This document shows positions 50,687 through 61,954 of a stretch of DNA of 64,000 nucleotides, piece by piece. Within the stretch, counting starts at the first letter, position 1. Each line of letters opens with the position of its first letter. The notes beneath the pieces were generated by a model. It ran no database searches, was not told where the DNA came from, and saw only the letters and a program-made list of their open reading frames with translations. Source of the DNA: an uncultured Verrucomicrobiae bacterium. Lineage in GTDB: Bacteria; Verrucomicrobiota; Verrucomicrobiia; Chthoniobacterales; UBA10450. The stretch spans positions 224,001 through 288,000 of the forward strand of contig CAWIBO010000003.1 in NCBI GenBank assembly GCA_963834385.1. Reading direction: 5' to 3'. The position numbers were made by a program, and so were the translations under genes.

Positions 50687-52369
50687 TCAGGGCATTTCGA
50701 AAAGAAAGATCGACCCGCCAATGACCGCGATCGGTTCCTGGTCGCGATAGGGCGCGTAGCGGTCGACGTCCTCCAGCATGGCCGAGACCGCCGAGCCGTT
50801 CAGGTGGCCGGCGCCAAGGGCGATCAGGCGAGCCGAGGGATCGGGTGTCCCGACCTCAATTCCCCGCGGGCCGTAAAACTTCAGGATGTGGCCCCCGGTG
50901 GATAGAGCGGTGTAAACACGTTTTATCTTCCGCTTCTTGAGATAGCGGGCGAGCTCGCGGACATCGTCGCCCCATTCGACGTTGGAATCGGAGAGAAGTT
51001 CCCAGGGCTCGTGGCGGCCGCGCAGTTGATTCATGTAGGGGATGTAATCGGGATAGATGCGGACCGCTTCCAGCAACATCAGGCCGACCAGCGCCAGCGC
51101 GGCGGCGCGGCCAAGGCGCCGGCCGCGCCCGGCCTGCCAGAGTGCGGCGAGCAGCGCGCCGGCGAGGATGAAAAGAAACGGGTAGGCGGGAAGAAAATGA
51201 CGGATGCCGATGTTGATTTTGGCCGAGCAGGCGAAGAGGGCAAACGTGCCCAGCGGAACAAGAAGAAAAACCAGCATATGCTCCCGGCGCCCGAGCCAGC
51301 GCCAGAGACCCCAGGCCAGCCCGGCCACGGCCAGGAGCAGGAAGGGAAGGCTCGTCTTCAGGGCGAAAGCGACCGGAAAATAATACCACCAGCCGTGCAT
51401 GCTGTACTGGCCGAGGAGCGAGGCGGCATGCCCGCCGCGGTTGTGAATCCAGACCGAGTAAAGTCCCGCGGTAAGCGACGTCGGCAGCAGCGGTCGGAGC
51501 GTCTCGATCAGCCGGGTCGCCACCTCGACATGCTCCGGGTCCTTGGTCCGCATCCATTTCAGGTCGTGCGCCGGGATGGGTGGACGCTGGAAGAAATAGA
51601 CGCCGTTGATCGCGACCAGCGCCACCAGCAGGGCAGCGGCAAAATGACCGGCCACGCGCCGCCGCGTGAGCGGGTGGGGCGGGCGCACGAAGAGGACCAG
51701 GGCGCCGAGCGCGCAAAGCGGGAGGACGATGACGAGGGAGAACTTGGCCCCGACGGCCAGGGCCAGCGAAAGACCGGAGAGAAGGGCGCGCGCGAGGGTG
51801 GGTGCGCGCCAGTAGCGATGCAGGGCAAAAGCGAAAAAGAGAAGGCCGAGCGCTGCGGCCATGTCGGTCTGGGCGATCCGGCCATGGGCGAGCACGGTCG
51901 GCTCAAGGCAAAAGAGCGCGGTCGCGAACACCCCGGCGGTTTTGCCGAAAAGAGCGGCGGCGAAGAAGAAGATCAGCCAGGCCAGCATCACGGTCAGCAC
52001 CGCCATCGGCACGCGGGCCCAGCGGCTGAGCAGCTCGAAGCGTTCCGGGTTGGCATCCCAAAACTCCGCCAGGGTGGAATAGGGATTGGCCTTGTCCGGC
52101 GCCAGGTTCGGCCGCAGCGCCAGCAAGGGGAGAGCGGCCCACATCTTGGCGAGCGGCGGATGTTCCGGGATGAAAAAGAAGTCGGCCCGGTGCAGATGAT
52201 AGTAGCCCGCGGGGATGTTGAGCGTCTCGTCAATCGTGATGCTTTTGCGCCAGATCGCGGAGAGAAGGTTGATCGCCAGAAAAAGCGTGAGCAGCGCGAC
52301 CAGCCACTCCGCTCGCAGGTTTTTCAGGCCGCGCACACCACGCAATCTCGGTCTCTCCATTGCATTCAC
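50687..52369 (-). CDS. Glycosyltransferase family 39 / ArnT-like membrane glycosyltransferase
   Basis: SITIDE, EHPPLAK, EPTVLAHG, GAKFS, GWWYYFP, IGIRH, DSNVEWG; many TM helices. Confidence 0.85.
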   Translation of the reverse strand: MNAMERPRLRGVRGLKNLRAEWLVALLTLFLAINLLSAIWRKSITIDETLNIPAGYYHLHRADFFFIPEHPPLAKMWAALPLLALRPNLAPDKANPYSTLAEFWDANPERFELLSRWARVPMAVLTVMLAWLIFFFAAALFGKTAGVFATALFCLEPTVLAHGRIAQTDMAAALGLLFFAFALHRYWRAPTLARALLSGLSLALAVGAKFSLVIVLPLCALGALVLFVRPPHPLTRRRVAGHFAAALLVALVAINGVYFFQRPPIPAHDLKWMRTKDPEHVEVATRLIETLRPLLPTSLTAGLYSVWIHNRGGHAASLLGQYSMHGWWYYFPVAFALKTSLPFLLLAVAGLAWGLWRWLGRREHMLVFLLVPLGTFALFACSAKINIGIRHFLPAYPFLFILAGALLAALWQAGRGRRLGRAAALALVGLMLLEAVRIYPDYIPYMNQLRGRHEPWELLSDSNVEWGDDVRELARYLKKRKIKRVYTALSTGGHILKFYGPRGIEVGTPDPSARLIALGAGHLNGSAVSAMLEDVDRYAPYRDQEPIAVIGGSIFLFEMP

Positions 52370-52399
52370 GGAAGGGCGTCCCTAGAGTGAATCACCGCT

Positions 52400-54640
52400 A
52401 TGAGCTCTTTTGAAGTCCTTGGCATCCCGGCGGATGAAGTATCGACCTTCCTCGCCGGGGCGCATTCCGATCCTTTTCGCATTCTTGGTCCTCATCGCGT
52501 GGGGGATGACCTGGCGGTCCGCGTTTTTCGCCCGGACGCGCGCGAGGTGGCAATCCGGTTCGATGGGCAGGAGGCGCCGGCGCAGCGGCTGCATCCCGAC
52601 GGTTTTTTCCAGGCGGTCATTCGGAACGGCGACCGTGACCTTGATTACACCCTGGCGCTGACCGGTTGGGAAGACAGGCAAAAGGACGCGCACGATCCCT
52701 ATCGCTATGGCAGTTTCATGGGCGAGGTCGATCTCCATCTTTTCAACGAGGGCAATCATCTCGATCTCTACCGCCATTTCGGCGCGCACCTGCGGAAAGT
52801 GGGCAAGGTGGAGGGCGTTTACTTCGCGGTCTGGGCCCCGAACGCGCAGCGCGTCAGCGTGGTGGGCGACTGGAACGGTTGGGATGGCCGGGTCAACCCG
52901 ATGCGCCAGCTGCTCCCGAGCGGTGTCTGGGAACTTTTCGTGCCGGGGGTCGAGGAGGGCGCGCACTACAAATTCGAGATCCGCACGCCCAACGGCGCTC
53001 TTCTGCTCAAGAGCGATCCCTTTGCCTTTTTCAACCAGCACGGTCTCCGCACCTCGTCGCTCGTCTACAATCTCGAGCGCTACCAATGGAGCGACGACGC
53101 ATGGATGGCGGCGCGACGCGAAAAGGTCTGGCACCGCAGCGCGGTCAGCGTCTACGAGGTGCACCTCGGCTCGTGGCGGCGCAAAACGGACGAAGGCGAT
53201 CGGTTCCTGAGTTATCGCGAGCTGGCCGACACCCTCCTGCCTTATGTGGTCGAGATGGGTTACACGCACCTGGAGTTGATGCCGGTGGCCGAACATCCCT
53301 TCGAAGGTTCGTGGGGATACCAGGTGACCAATTACTACGCGCCCACCAGCCGCTTCGGCAACCCCGACGAGTTCCGCTATTTCGTCGACAAATGTCACCA
53401 GGCCGGGATCGGCGTGATCATGGACTGGGTTCCGGCGCATTTCCCGAAGGACGCGCATGGCCTGGCGGAATTCGACGGGACCGATCTTTACGAGCATGCC
53501 GACCCGCGCCAGGGCGAGCATCAGGACTGGGGCACGCTGATTTTCAATTTCGGTCGCAACGAGGTCCGCAATTTCCTCATCGGCAACGCGCTCTTCTGGC
53601 TCGACGAGTATCACATCGACGGGCTGCGGGTGGACGCGGTGGCGTCGATGCTTTACCTCGATTACTCGCGCAAGGCGGGGGAATGGGTTCCAAACGCCTT
53701 CGGCGGCCGCGAAAACCTCGACGCGGTCCATTTCCTGAAACGGGTGAACGAGGTCTGCTACGAACGGTTCCCGGGCACCATGACGATCGCGGAGGAATCA
53801 ACCGCCTGGCCCGGCGTCTCCCGCCCGACCTACCTCGGCGGCCTCGGGTTCGGCTTCAAATGGAACATGGGCTGGATGCACGATTTCCTCCAGTACATGG
53901 GGCTCGACCCGATTTTTCGCCGTTATCACCACGGCAACATCACCTTCTCGCTCATCTACGCCTTCCAGGAACATTTCGTCCTCGTCCTGAGCCACGACGA
54001 GGTGGTGCACGGCAAGGGCTCGATGATCGGGAAGATGCCGGGCGACGAATGGCAAAAGTTCGCGAATCTCCGGATGTTCTACGCCTGGATGTACGGGCAC
54101 CCGGGAAAGAAACTGCTCTTCATGGGCGGCGAGTTCGGGCAGTGGGCGGAGTGGAACCATGACCAGGGCCTCGACTGGCACCTGAACGAGCTGCCGCGGC
54201 ACGACGGTCTGCGCCGGATGGTGCAGCATTTGAATTTTGCCTACCGGAACGAACCGGCGCTCTGGGACCAGGACGACACCTACGAGGGGTTTGAGTGGAT
54301 CGACTTCCACGATGCCGACAACAGCGTCATCTCGTTCCTGCGCCGGTCGCGCGAGGGAGACGTGCTTGTCTTCATTATCAATGCCACGCCCATGGTGCGG
54401 CACGATTATCGGCTCGGCGTGCCCGAGACCGGCTTTTACCGGGAGATCATCAACACCGATGCCGAGACCTATGGCGGCAGCAACGTGGGCAACATGGGCG
54501 GCGTCGCGAGCGAGGCCTGGGCCTGGCAGGGGCGGGAGCATTCGCTCCTGATCCAGTTGCCGCCGCTCGCCACCGTGGCCTTCAAGCTCGAGCGCCCCGA
54601 ACCGGCCGTGCCCGCCAAGCCGGAGGAGAATCCGGCTTGA
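52400..54640 (+). CDS. glgB: 1,4-alpha-glucan branching enzyme
   Basis: [60 protein letters not shown]. Confidence 0.97.
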   Translation: MSSFEVLGIPADEVSTFLAGAHSDPFRILGPHRVGDDLAVRVFRPDAREVAIRFDGQEAPAQRLHPDGFFQAVIRNGDRDLDYTLALTGWEDRQKDAHDPYRYGSFMGEVDLHLFNEGNHLDLYRHFGAHLRKVGKVEGVYFAVWAPNAQRVSVVGDWNGWDGRVNPMRQLLPSGVWELFVPGVEEGAHYKFEIRTPNGALLLKSDPFAFFNQHGLRTSSLVYNLERYQWSDDAWMAARREKVWHRSAVSVYEVHLGSWRRKTDEGDRFLSYRELADTLLPYVVEMGYTHLELMPVAEHPFEGSWGYQVTNYYAPTSRFGNPDEFRYFVDKCHQAGIGVIMDWVPAHFPKDAHGLAEFDGTDLYEHADPRQGEHQDWGTLIFNFGRNEVRNFLIGNALFWLDEYHIDGLRVDAVASMLYLDYSRKAGEWVPNAFGGRENLDAVHFLKRVNEVCYERFPGTMTIAEESTAWPGVSRPTYLGGLGFGFKWNMGWMHDFLQYMGLDPIFRRYHHGNITFSLIYAFQEHFVLVLSHDEVVHGKGSMIGKMPGDEWQKFANLRMFYAWMYGHPGKKLLFMGGEFGQWAEWNHDQGLDWHLNELPRHDGLRRMVQHLNFAYRNEPALWDQDDTYEGFEWIDFHDADNSVISFLRRSREGDVLVFIINATPMVRHDYRLGVPETGFYREIINTDAETYGGSNVGNMGGVASEAWAWQGREHSLLIQLPPLATVAFKLERPEPAVPAKPEENPA

Positions 54641-54684
54641 CCTCCAGCGGCGAAAGCGCATTCTTTTCCACCTTCCAAACCCCC

Positions 54685-55410
54685 ATGCAAAACCCTCGCT
54701 CCTCCGCCGGTTTCACCCTCATCGAAATGCTGGTCGTCATCGCGATCATCGCGACCCTGGCCGCTTTTGCCGTGCCCGCTTTGACCAACGCGCTCGCGCG
54801 CGGACAGATGACCGGCACAATGAACAACGCCCGCCAGCTTTTCATCGCGGCCCAGCAGATGGCCCTGGATGGCGCCGCCAATTCCGATCCGAATTATGGA
54901 TGGCCGGGCGGTTATGAGGATGTGCAGACGCTGGAGGATTACGCGACGCGCCTCGTGAACAACGATTATCTGAAAGCCGGCGACCTGCAGAAGCTGCTCA
55001 ACGCTCCGGGTGTCGCCTGTAGCGTTACTTCCTCAAGCGGCGGCGGCGGCGGGGGTGGCGCCACCTCCACCACCGTGGATATCACCGGCCGGCCCGCGCT
55101 CAAGGTCTACAAGATTGTCGAAACCGACGGGTCGAACACGCTCTTTGCCACCAGTAACAATTACACCTACAACCAGGCCCTCCCGCAGACCGGGGCCACC
55201 AGCGCGCCGTATGCCGACAAGGGGTTTGTCGTCGTGCGCAAAGGCGGGGACGCCGCCGTTCTCCGGAAAAACCAGGCCACCGTTTCCGGCTTCAGTTCAC
55301 CGCAAAACTTCCAGTCGACCGTTGGCATGAAGACGGGTGACCAGGAAGGCTCGCCCACCGCCGGCGACGGCGAGGTCACGCTCACCGGTCCCTCGGCCGG
55401 CGGAACCTAA
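54685..55410 (+). CDS. Type IV pilin-like protein with prepilin N-terminal cleavage/methylation motif
   Basis: MQNPRSSAG|FTLIEMLVVIAIIATLAAFAVPAL; Ser/Thr/Gly-rich C-terminal domain with a poly-Gly run. Confidence 0.88.
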   Translation: MQNPRSSAGFTLIEMLVVIAIIATLAAFAVPALTNALARGQMTGTMNNARQLFIAAQQMALDGAANSDPNYGWPGGYEDVQTLEDYATRLVNNDYLKAGDLQKLLNAPGVACSVTSSSGGGGGGGATSTTVDITGRPALKVYKIVETDGSNTLFATSNNYTYNQALPQTGATSAPYADKGFVVVRKGGDAAVLRKNQATVSGFSSPQNFQSTVGMKTGDQEGSPTAGDGEVTLTGPSAGGT

Positions 55411-55445
55411 GTCTCGCGATTTCCCGACTCGAGCGCCTGCTGCTT

Positions 55446-56799
55446 TTAATCCGCGGTGGCGTCGAATTCCCCGTCGCTCACCCGGGTGCGGATTCGCTGG
55501 CCGGCTTTGACTGCCCGGACCGAGCGGATGATTTCGCCCTGCGCGTTTAGCGTTACGCTGTAGCCGCGGCGTAAGGTGGCTTCCGGGCCGAGCAGGCGCA
55601 GGGCCGCTTCCACCCGTGCAAACTGCTCGCGCTTTTTCTCCGCGGCATGCGCGGCCAGATCGTTCAGTCGCCGTTGGAAATCGGTCAGACCCTGCCGGCG
55701 CGCCTGCAACTCACGCCGCGGGTGATGCGCCCGCACCGTCTGCCCCAGTTGCCCCAGCACGCGCCGGGTCTGGGCCAGGATCTGCGGCGGACACCGCCGC
55801 AGCGTCTCCTGCGCCAGGTCCACCCGTTGCCGCGCGTCGCGCAATCGGGCCATGACCTCGCGGGCCATGGTCCGCTCGGACAGAAACCGCAGGCGCGTTC
55901 CCTCGGTCTCGAGCGCCCGCCGGGCGCAGCGCTCGAGCGCCACCGCCAGTTCGCCCGAGGCGCCGTCTTACCCCGGCGATGTCGGCCACGATGAGTTCCG
56001 CCGCCGCACTTGGCGTCGGCGCGCGCAGGTCGGCCACGAAATCGGCGATGGTGAAATCGATCTCGTGCCCGACCGCGCTCACCACCGGCAGCCCCGAGGC
56101 GAAGATGGCGCGCGCCACGATCTCTTCGTTGAACTCCCAAAGATCCTCGATGCTTCCGCCGCCCCGGGCGAGCACGATGAGATCGACCGGCTGCCATGGC
56201 GTCCCCGCCCGGTTGAATTCGTGGATGGCCGCGGCGATCTCGGCCGCCGCCCCCGTTCCCTGGACCCGCACCGGGTTGATCAACACCTCCACGTTCGGTG
56301 CGCGCCGGCTGAGAACGTTGAGCATGTCGCGAATGGCCGCCCCGCTCGGCGAGGTGACGATGCCGATCCGGCGGGGAAACTTCGGCAAGGCGCGTTTGCG
56401 GGCCGGGTCGAAAAGGCCTTCCGCTTCGAGCCGACGCTTGAGCGCCTCGAACTTTGCCTGGAGCAGGCCGAGGCCGCGCGCCTGCACGATCTGCACGCTC
56501 AACTGGTACTGGCCGCGCGCCTCGAAAACCGTGATCTGCCCGAAGACCTGCACCTGCGCGCCATCGCTCAAAGGTGGGGAACCGGGAGGCAGGGTGTCGC
56601 GAAAGATCACGCACGAGATCTGGGCGCGCTGGTCCTTGAGGGTGAAATATTGGTGGCCGGAGGCGTAGGCCCGGTGATTCGAAATTTCGCCCTGCACCCA
56701 GACGCTGCCAAAACGCGTCTCCAGCAGGCCGCGGATCGAGCGGGTCAGCTCGGCCACGGTGAGGACCTTGGCGGAACTGCCAAAAAGATCAGGGCTCAT
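55446..56799 (-). CDS. xseA: Exodeoxyribonuclease VII large subunit, split by a +1 G near 55955 (probably a sequencing error)
   Basis: [53 protein letters not shown] in one frame; C-terminal [12 protein letters not shown] in the next. CTC GG(g)C GAA CTG restores LGELAVALE. Confidence 0.92.
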
Positions 56800-56858
56800 G
56801 CTTCGGGACGGAGTGTAGCGCAGGGAAGGACATACGGGTAGATGCCGCTGAAGGGAAA

Positions 56859-56947
56859 TCCGCCGGGGACGGCGGACGCGACAGCGTTTGCACGACGGGA
56901 GAACGTCACCTGCGAAGCGACGCTGTAGCGTGCGCTGTCCGGAGGCG
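56859..56947. repeat. Inverted-repeat doublet (REP-like) in the ruvB-xseA spacer
   Basis: Arms 56867-56887 and 56920-56940 are 18/21 reverse-complementary. Units read GT(C/A)GCGT-SCGCYGTCC, and one carries a perfect 7-bp hairpin TCCGCCG-GGGA-CGGCGGA. Confidence 0.5.
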
Positions 56948-57085
56948 TTCGGGCTTGAAACAAGATTTACGCTGTCACAGCTGTGACAACCAGAGACAAA
57001 AGAAACCTGAAAGCGGCTGTCGACGTGATCGTAAGCGGCTTACGATGGATATCAGGCGCAGGGCGAGGCTGCGGGTGATGGCCGC

Positions 57086-58084
57086 TCAAAGAAGCTGTTC
57101 CTGCATTCCGGCAGGCGGTTTTAATCCGAGCTTGCGATAGGCGGCCGGCATGGCCACGCGGCCCTGCGGCGTCCGCTTGAGATACCCTTCCATGATCAAA
57201 TACGGCTCGTTGACCTCCTCGAGCGTGCCGGCTTCCTCGCCGATCGCGACCGCGAGCGAATTCAAGCCCACCGGCCCCCCGTTAAATTTGTGGATGAGTG
57301 CCTCAATGATCCGCTTGTCCCACTGGTCGAACCCGTCGCGGTCAATTTCGAGCATGGCCAGCGCCTGGTCCGCCACCTTGTCGGTGATCCGGCCGTCCGC
57401 CTTCACCTGGGCGTAATCGCGCACCCAGCGCAGGAGATTGTTGGCCGTGCGGGGCGTGCCGCGGGCGCGCGCCGCGATCTCGACCGCGCCGCCGGCCTCG
57501 ATCTCCACCCCGAGCAGGCCGGCGCTGCGAGTGATGATCTTCTGCATTTCTTCCGCCGCATAATAATCGAGCCGGGCGGTCATGCCGAAGCGGGAGCGCA
57601 GGGGCGAACTGACCATGCCCGCGCGGGTGGTGGCGCCGATGAGGGTGAACTTGGGCAATTGCAGGCGCAGGCTGCGCGCCTGCGGCCCCTGGTCGATGAT
57701 GATGTCGAGCCGGTAATCTTCCATCGCCGGGTAAAGGTATTCCTCAATGGTCGGCTGCAGCCGGTGGATCTCGTCGATAAAAAGCACATCGCCTTTTTCC
57801 AGCGAGGTGAGAAGCCCGGCCAGCTCGCCTGCCTTCTCGATGACCGGGCCGCTGGTGTTTTTGACATTCACCCCCATGGCGTTGGCAATAATGTTGGCCA
57901 GGGTGGTTTTTCCCAGGCCGGGGGGGCCGCTCAGGAGAATGTGCTCAAGAACGTCACCGCGCCGCCGGGCTGCTTCCACAAGGAGTTCGAGGCGTTCGCA
58001 CACTTTGCCCTGCCCAGTGAACTCACTGAACATGGGCGGCCGGAGGGAGACCTCGAAGGCGGGATCAGGCTCGGCCGGTTTCAC
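57086..58084 (-). CDS. ruvB: Holliday junction branch migration helicase RuvB
   Basis: [51 protein letters not shown]. Confidence 0.97.
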   Translation of the reverse strand: MKPAEPDPAFEVSLRPPMFSEFTGQGKVCERLELLVEAARRRGDVLEHILLSGPPGLGKTTLANIIANAMGVNVKNTSGPVIEKAGELAGLLTSLEKGDVLFIDEIHRLQPTIEEYLYPAMEDYRLDIIIDQGPQARSLRLQLPKFTLIGATTRAGMVSSPLRSRFGMTARLDYYAAEEMQKIITRSAGLLGVEIEAGGAVEIAARARGTPRTANNLLRWVRDYAQVKADGRITDKVADQALAMLEIDRDGFDQWDKRIIEALIHKFNGGPVGLNSLAVAIGEEAGTLEEVNEPYLIMEGYLKRTPQGRVAMPAAYRKLGLKPPAGMQEQLL

Positions 58085-58094
58085 TGCGCCCTTG

Positions 58095-58493
58095 TTAACG
58101 CAGGTTCTTGGTTAATACCAGTTCGGTCCCGCGCTTCCGCAGAATGTAGTCCACCTTGTCAAAGGCGTTGCGGATCAGGTGCAGGCCAAGTCCGCCCGGT
58201 TTGATCAGGTCGCGCGGCCGGCTTTGCAGGGCCTTGAGCGGCGCCTGCCGCCCGTAGTCGCGCACCCGCAGGCGCACGCAGTCGCACTTTCCCTCAAGGG
58301 AGAGGGCAATCGGCTGGTCGTCCCGCAGGGAATAAGCGTAGCGGATGATATTGGTGCAGGCCTCGTCCACCCCGAGGACCATCAGCGTCCGCTCCTTTTC
58401 CGAGAGCGGGTAGGGCTCGAGGAAGCGGCGAACGAAATTTCGCATGAGCGCGAGGTTGCCGGTATGGCTGCTGAATTCGATCTTTTGTTTCAC
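58095..58493 (-). CDS. RsbW-like anti-sigma factor / HATPase_c_2 protein
   Basis: [30 protein letters not shown]. Start taken at GTG 58493. Confidence 0.88.
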   Translation of the reverse strand: MKQKIEFSSHTGNLALMRNFVRRFLEPYPLSEKERTLMVLGVDEACTNIIRYAYSLRDDQPIALSLEGKCDCVRLRVRDYGRQAPLKALQSRPRDLIKPGGLGLHLIRNAFDKVDYILRKRGTELVLTKNLR

Positions 58494-58609
58494 CGCTGGA
58501 AAAAGGCTTAGCGAGACCGGGGGGTGGTTCAAGCGCTAATCCACTATTGCGCCCCGAGGCCGCCATGCTTCCGCGATGGACAGGGAGCGAAAGCGTAGTT
58601 CAATTCTCC

Positions 58610-59410
58610 ATGCGCAAACTCCTCGTTCTGCTCCTTCTCTGCGCCACCGGCGCCTCCGCCCAGGAGGAGGGAAACCCCACCGCCTACGAGGCCCTGCGCG
58701 TGGTCGGGACCAAGCATGGCCGCGCCGCCCTCAGCCGCATCGTTTCCGTCACGGGGATGCACGGAACCCCGCAACCGGAGACGTGGAACGTGCTCCTGGA
58801 GGATTCCCGGGCACCCGGCGGTGTGCGTGAAGTGGAGGTCAAAAATGGTCGTATCCGGGCCCAGCGCACTCCCACCCGCTCCATTGCCGGCTCGACCGAG
58901 AATGCGCTGATCAAGACGGCCCGGCTCAATCTCGACTCGAGCGGCGCTTACGAAGTGGCGGCTTACACAGCCCGGCATACCTCCTTTGCCACTGCCAGCT
59001 ACACCCTTCGCACCGATGATCGCGGCAACCCGGTCTGGATCGTTGTTTTGCATGACGAACGGGACCGGCAAATCGCGAAGATGCACATCGGCGCTAATCG
59101 CGGAACGGTCACGCGCACCGAGGGTCTTTTCGCTCCGCCCACGCCGCAGGGCGGGGAGGAGGCCCCGGATGACCAGCGTCTGGCCCAGCGGGATAATGGC
59201 AACCAGGATGAATACGACGATGCCTACGGCGCCGCGGCCGAGGATGAAGAGTACGTCGAAGGCGAAGAGGCGGAGCAGGACCTCGATGATGACGAGGACA
59301 ATCCGATCACCCGCGGGGTGAAGAGCATCTTTCGCCAGGCCCAGGAAGGAGCCCGCCGCATTTTCCACAACGCGCGCCGCTCCTTCGAGGATTTCATCAA
59401 CCGTCACTGA
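58610..59410 (+). CDS. Secreted hypothetical protein with acidic low-complexity C-terminus
   Basis: Signal peptide MRKLLVLLLLCATGASA; Asp/Glu-rich tract near the C-terminus. Confidence 0.75.
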   Translation: MRKLLVLLLLCATGASAQEEGNPTAYEALRVVGTKHGRAALSRIVSVTGMHGTPQPETWNVLLEDSRAPGGVREVEVKNGRIRAQRTPTRSIAGSTENALIKTARLNLDSSGAYEVAAYTARHTSFATASYTLRTDDRGNPVWIVVLHDERDRQIAKMHIGANRGTVTRTEGLFAPPTPQGGEEAPDDQRLAQRDNGNQDEYDDAYGAAAEDEEYVEGEEAEQDLDDDEDNPITRGVKSIFRQAQEGARRIFHNARRSFEDFINRH

Positions 59411-59421
59411 CGGGACGGTCC

Positions 59422-60366
59422 ATGGCCATCCAGTCAGGTGACGATCAGACGGAGCGCTGGCCCGGACTTTCCTGGGAGAAATGGGGTGAAACTTTCACCA
59501 CCCTGCAGCTTTGGACGCAGATCGTCGGCAAGATCAGGCTCGCGCTCACGCCTTGGACGAATCATTCCTGGCACGTCACCCTTCACCTGACCGCGCGCGG
59601 TCTCGGCACCCCGCCTCTCTACTTGGGCGACCGCGCTTTCGAACTCGAGTTTGATTTCGTCGCGCACGAGCTGGTCCTGCGCATTTCCGACGGCACGGTG
59701 GAACGTGCTCCGCTGGAAACATGCAGCGTGGCCGACTTCTACCGGAAGCTGATGAACCTCCTCGCGCGCCACGGGCTGTCCGTCCGTCTCAACACCAGAC
59801 CGAACGAGATGGCGGAAGCGATCCCCTTCGAAGAGGATGTGACTCACTCCCTTTATGAACCGGAGGGCGCCGCGCGTCTCTGGCAGGGCCTCCGGCAGGC
59901 CGACAGAGTTTTTAAAATCTTCCGGGCGCGCTTCTGCGGAAAATGCAGCCCGGTCCATTTTTTCTGGGGCAGTTTTGATCTCGCGGTAACACGCTTTTCC
60001 GGGCGGCCGGCTCCGCTTCATCCCGGCGGGGTGCCCCATCTGTCGGACGCGGTGACACGGGAAGCCTATTCACACGAGGTCAGCAGCGCGGGCTTCTGGC
60101 CGGGCGGTCCCGCTCTGCCGGAGCCGGTGTTTTATTCCTACGCCTACCCGACCCCCGAAAAATTTGCGGAGTGGCCGGTGCGTCCGGCGGCCGCGTATTA
60201 TCACGCCACCCTGCGGGAATTCGTTCTTCCTTACGAGGCGGTGCGCACGGCGGCCGATCCCGATGCCATGCTCCTGGAATTTTTGCAGGACACCTACGAT
60301 GCCGCTTCCACGCTGGGTGATTGGGACCGCGCCGCCTTCGAGGAACATCCTCCGCGCGTGGCCTGA
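59422..60366 (+). CDS. DUF5996 family protein
   Basis: [61 protein letters not shown]. Confidence 0.85.
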   Translation: MAIQSGDDQTERWPGLSWEKWGETFTTLQLWTQIVGKIRLALTPWTNHSWHVTLHLTARGLGTPPLYLGDRAFELEFDFVAHELVLRISDGTVERAPLETCSVADFYRKLMNLLARHGLSVRLNTRPNEMAEAIPFEEDVTHSLYEPEGAARLWQGLRQADRVFKIFRARFCGKCSPVHFFWGSFDLAVTRFSGRPAPLHPGGVPHLSDAVTREAYSHEVSSAGFWPGGPALPEPVFYSYAYPTPEKFAEWPVRPAAAYYHATLREFVLPYEAVRTAADPDAMLLEFLQDTYDAASTLGDWDRAAFEEHPPRVA

Positions 60367-60413
60367 GATTTTTGCGGACATCCCGGCGTTCTCTCGTCCA
60401 CTATCTGCCTTCC

Positions 60414-61946
60414 ATGAAGATTCAGCGCGCCCTTATCTCCGTCTCGGACAAGACCGGGGTGGCGTCCCTGGCCCGCGCCCTGGAACGCAGCGGCATCGAT
60501 ATCATTTCGACCGGCGGCACCGCGGAACTGCTGCGGAAGGAAGGAGTGCCGGTGCGCGAGATCTCGAACTTCACGGATTTCCCCGAGGTCCTCGAGGGCC
60601 GGGTCAAGACCCTGCACCCGCGCGTCCACGGCGGTCTTCTTTTCAAGCGCGGCAACGCGCAACACGAGGCGGAGGCGCAGAAATGCGGGTTCCAGCCGAT
60701 CGATCTCGTGGTGGTCAATCTCTATCCGTTCGAAGCCACCGCGGCCCGGCCCGGTGTCACCCTGGCCGAGGCCATCGAGCAGATCGACATCGGCGGACCT
60801 TCCATGATCCGGAGCGCGGCCAAGAATTACGAGTCGGTCACGGTCGTGGTCGATCCGGAGGATTACGATCTGGTCCTGCAAACCCTGCGCGAGAACGAAG
60901 GGGCCACCACCCTGAAGCTGCGCGAACGCCTGGCCATCAAGGCGTTTATCAAGACGTCGGAATACGACCGCGCCATCGGCACCTTCCTCAACCAGGAACA
61001 GGCCACGGAGGCTTCCTTCTCGGTCTCGCTTCCGCTTGTCTCCCGCCTGCGCTACGGCGAAAATCCCCATCAGACGGCTGCGCTCTACGGTGATTTTGAT
61101 CGCCGCTTCGAGAAGCTGCACGGCAAGGACCTTTCCTATAACAACATTCTCGACATCAGCGCGGCGGCCAACCTGATCGCCGATTTCGACGCGGCCACGG
61201 TCGCCATCCTCAAGCACACCAACCCGTGCGGGGTGGGAAGCGACGACGATCTGCGCGAGGCCTGGGAGAAGGCTTTTGCCACGGACAAACAGGCGCCTTT
61301 CGGCGGGGTCATTGTCTGCAACCGTCCGCTGAACGAGGCCCTGGCCCGCGCCATCAGCGAAATTTTCAGCGAGGTCATCATCGCCCCCGAGTTTGAGGCG
61401 GAGGCGCGGGCGCTCCTGCAAAAAAAGAAGAACCTGCGCCTTATCCGGATGCTCCCCGGCGCGGCCGGGGCCGCTCTGGGGCAGGATGTGCGTTCCGTCG
61501 TGGGCGGCTTCCTCGTGCAGGAGAGCGATCCCCCGGTCGATTTCGACCAGATCCAGGACAAGGTCGTCACCAAACGCGTCCCCACCCGGGGAGAACTGGA
61601 AGCGATGCAGTTCGGCTGGCGTGTGGTCAAACACGTCAAGTCGAACGCCATTGTCTATGCCGCCCCCGACCGGACCCTGGGCATCGGCGCGGGGCAGATG
61701 TCGCGCGTGGATGCGTCGCGCATTGCCGTCTGGAAGGCGGCGGAGGCCGGTCTTTCCCTCAAGAGCTGCGCCGTGGCCAGCGATGCATTTTTCCCGTTTG
61801 CGGACGGCCTGATCGCGGCCGCCGAGGCGGGCGCGACCTGCGCCATTCAGCCGGGAGGCTCGGTCCGCGACGAGGAAGTGGTGGCGGCGGCGGATGAACG
61901 CGATCTCGCGATGATTTTCACCGGCCAGCGGCACTTTCGGCATTAA
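60414..61946 (+). CDS. purH: Bifunctional AICAR transformylase/IMP cyclohydrolase
   Basis: [65 protein letters not shown]. Confidence 0.98.
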   Translation: MKIQRALISVSDKTGVASLARALERSGIDIISTGGTAELLRKEGVPVREISNFTDFPEVLEGRVKTLHPRVHGGLLFKRGNAQHEAEAQKCGFQPIDLVVVNLYPFEATAARPGVTLAEAIEQIDIGGPSMIRSAAKNYESVTVVVDPEDYDLVLQTLRENEGATTLKLRERLAIKAFIKTSEYDRAIGTFLNQEQATEASFSVSLPLVSRLRYGENPHQTAALYGDFDRRFEKLHGKDLSYNNILDISAAANLIADFDAATVAILKHTNPCGVGSDDDLREAWEKAFATDKQAPFGGVIVCNRPLNEALARAISEIFSEVIIAPEFEAEARALLQKKKNLRLIRMLPGAAGAALGQDVRSVVGGFLVQESDPPVDFDQIQDKVVTKRVPTRGELEAMQFGWRVVKHVKSNAIVYAAPDRTLGIGAGQMSRVDASRIAVWKAAEAGLSLKSCAVASDAFFPFADGLIAAAEAGATCAIQPGGSVRDEEVVAAADERDLAMIFTGQRHFRH

Positions 61947-61954
61947 GGAAAATT

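Noticed and set aside
56800..57085. SRP RNA, 6S RNA, tRNA or a known riboswitch
   Set aside because: No SRP helix-8 consensus, tRNA T-loop/cloverleaf or recognisable riboswitch core on either strand. 6S cannot be supported by eye and needs an Rfam search.
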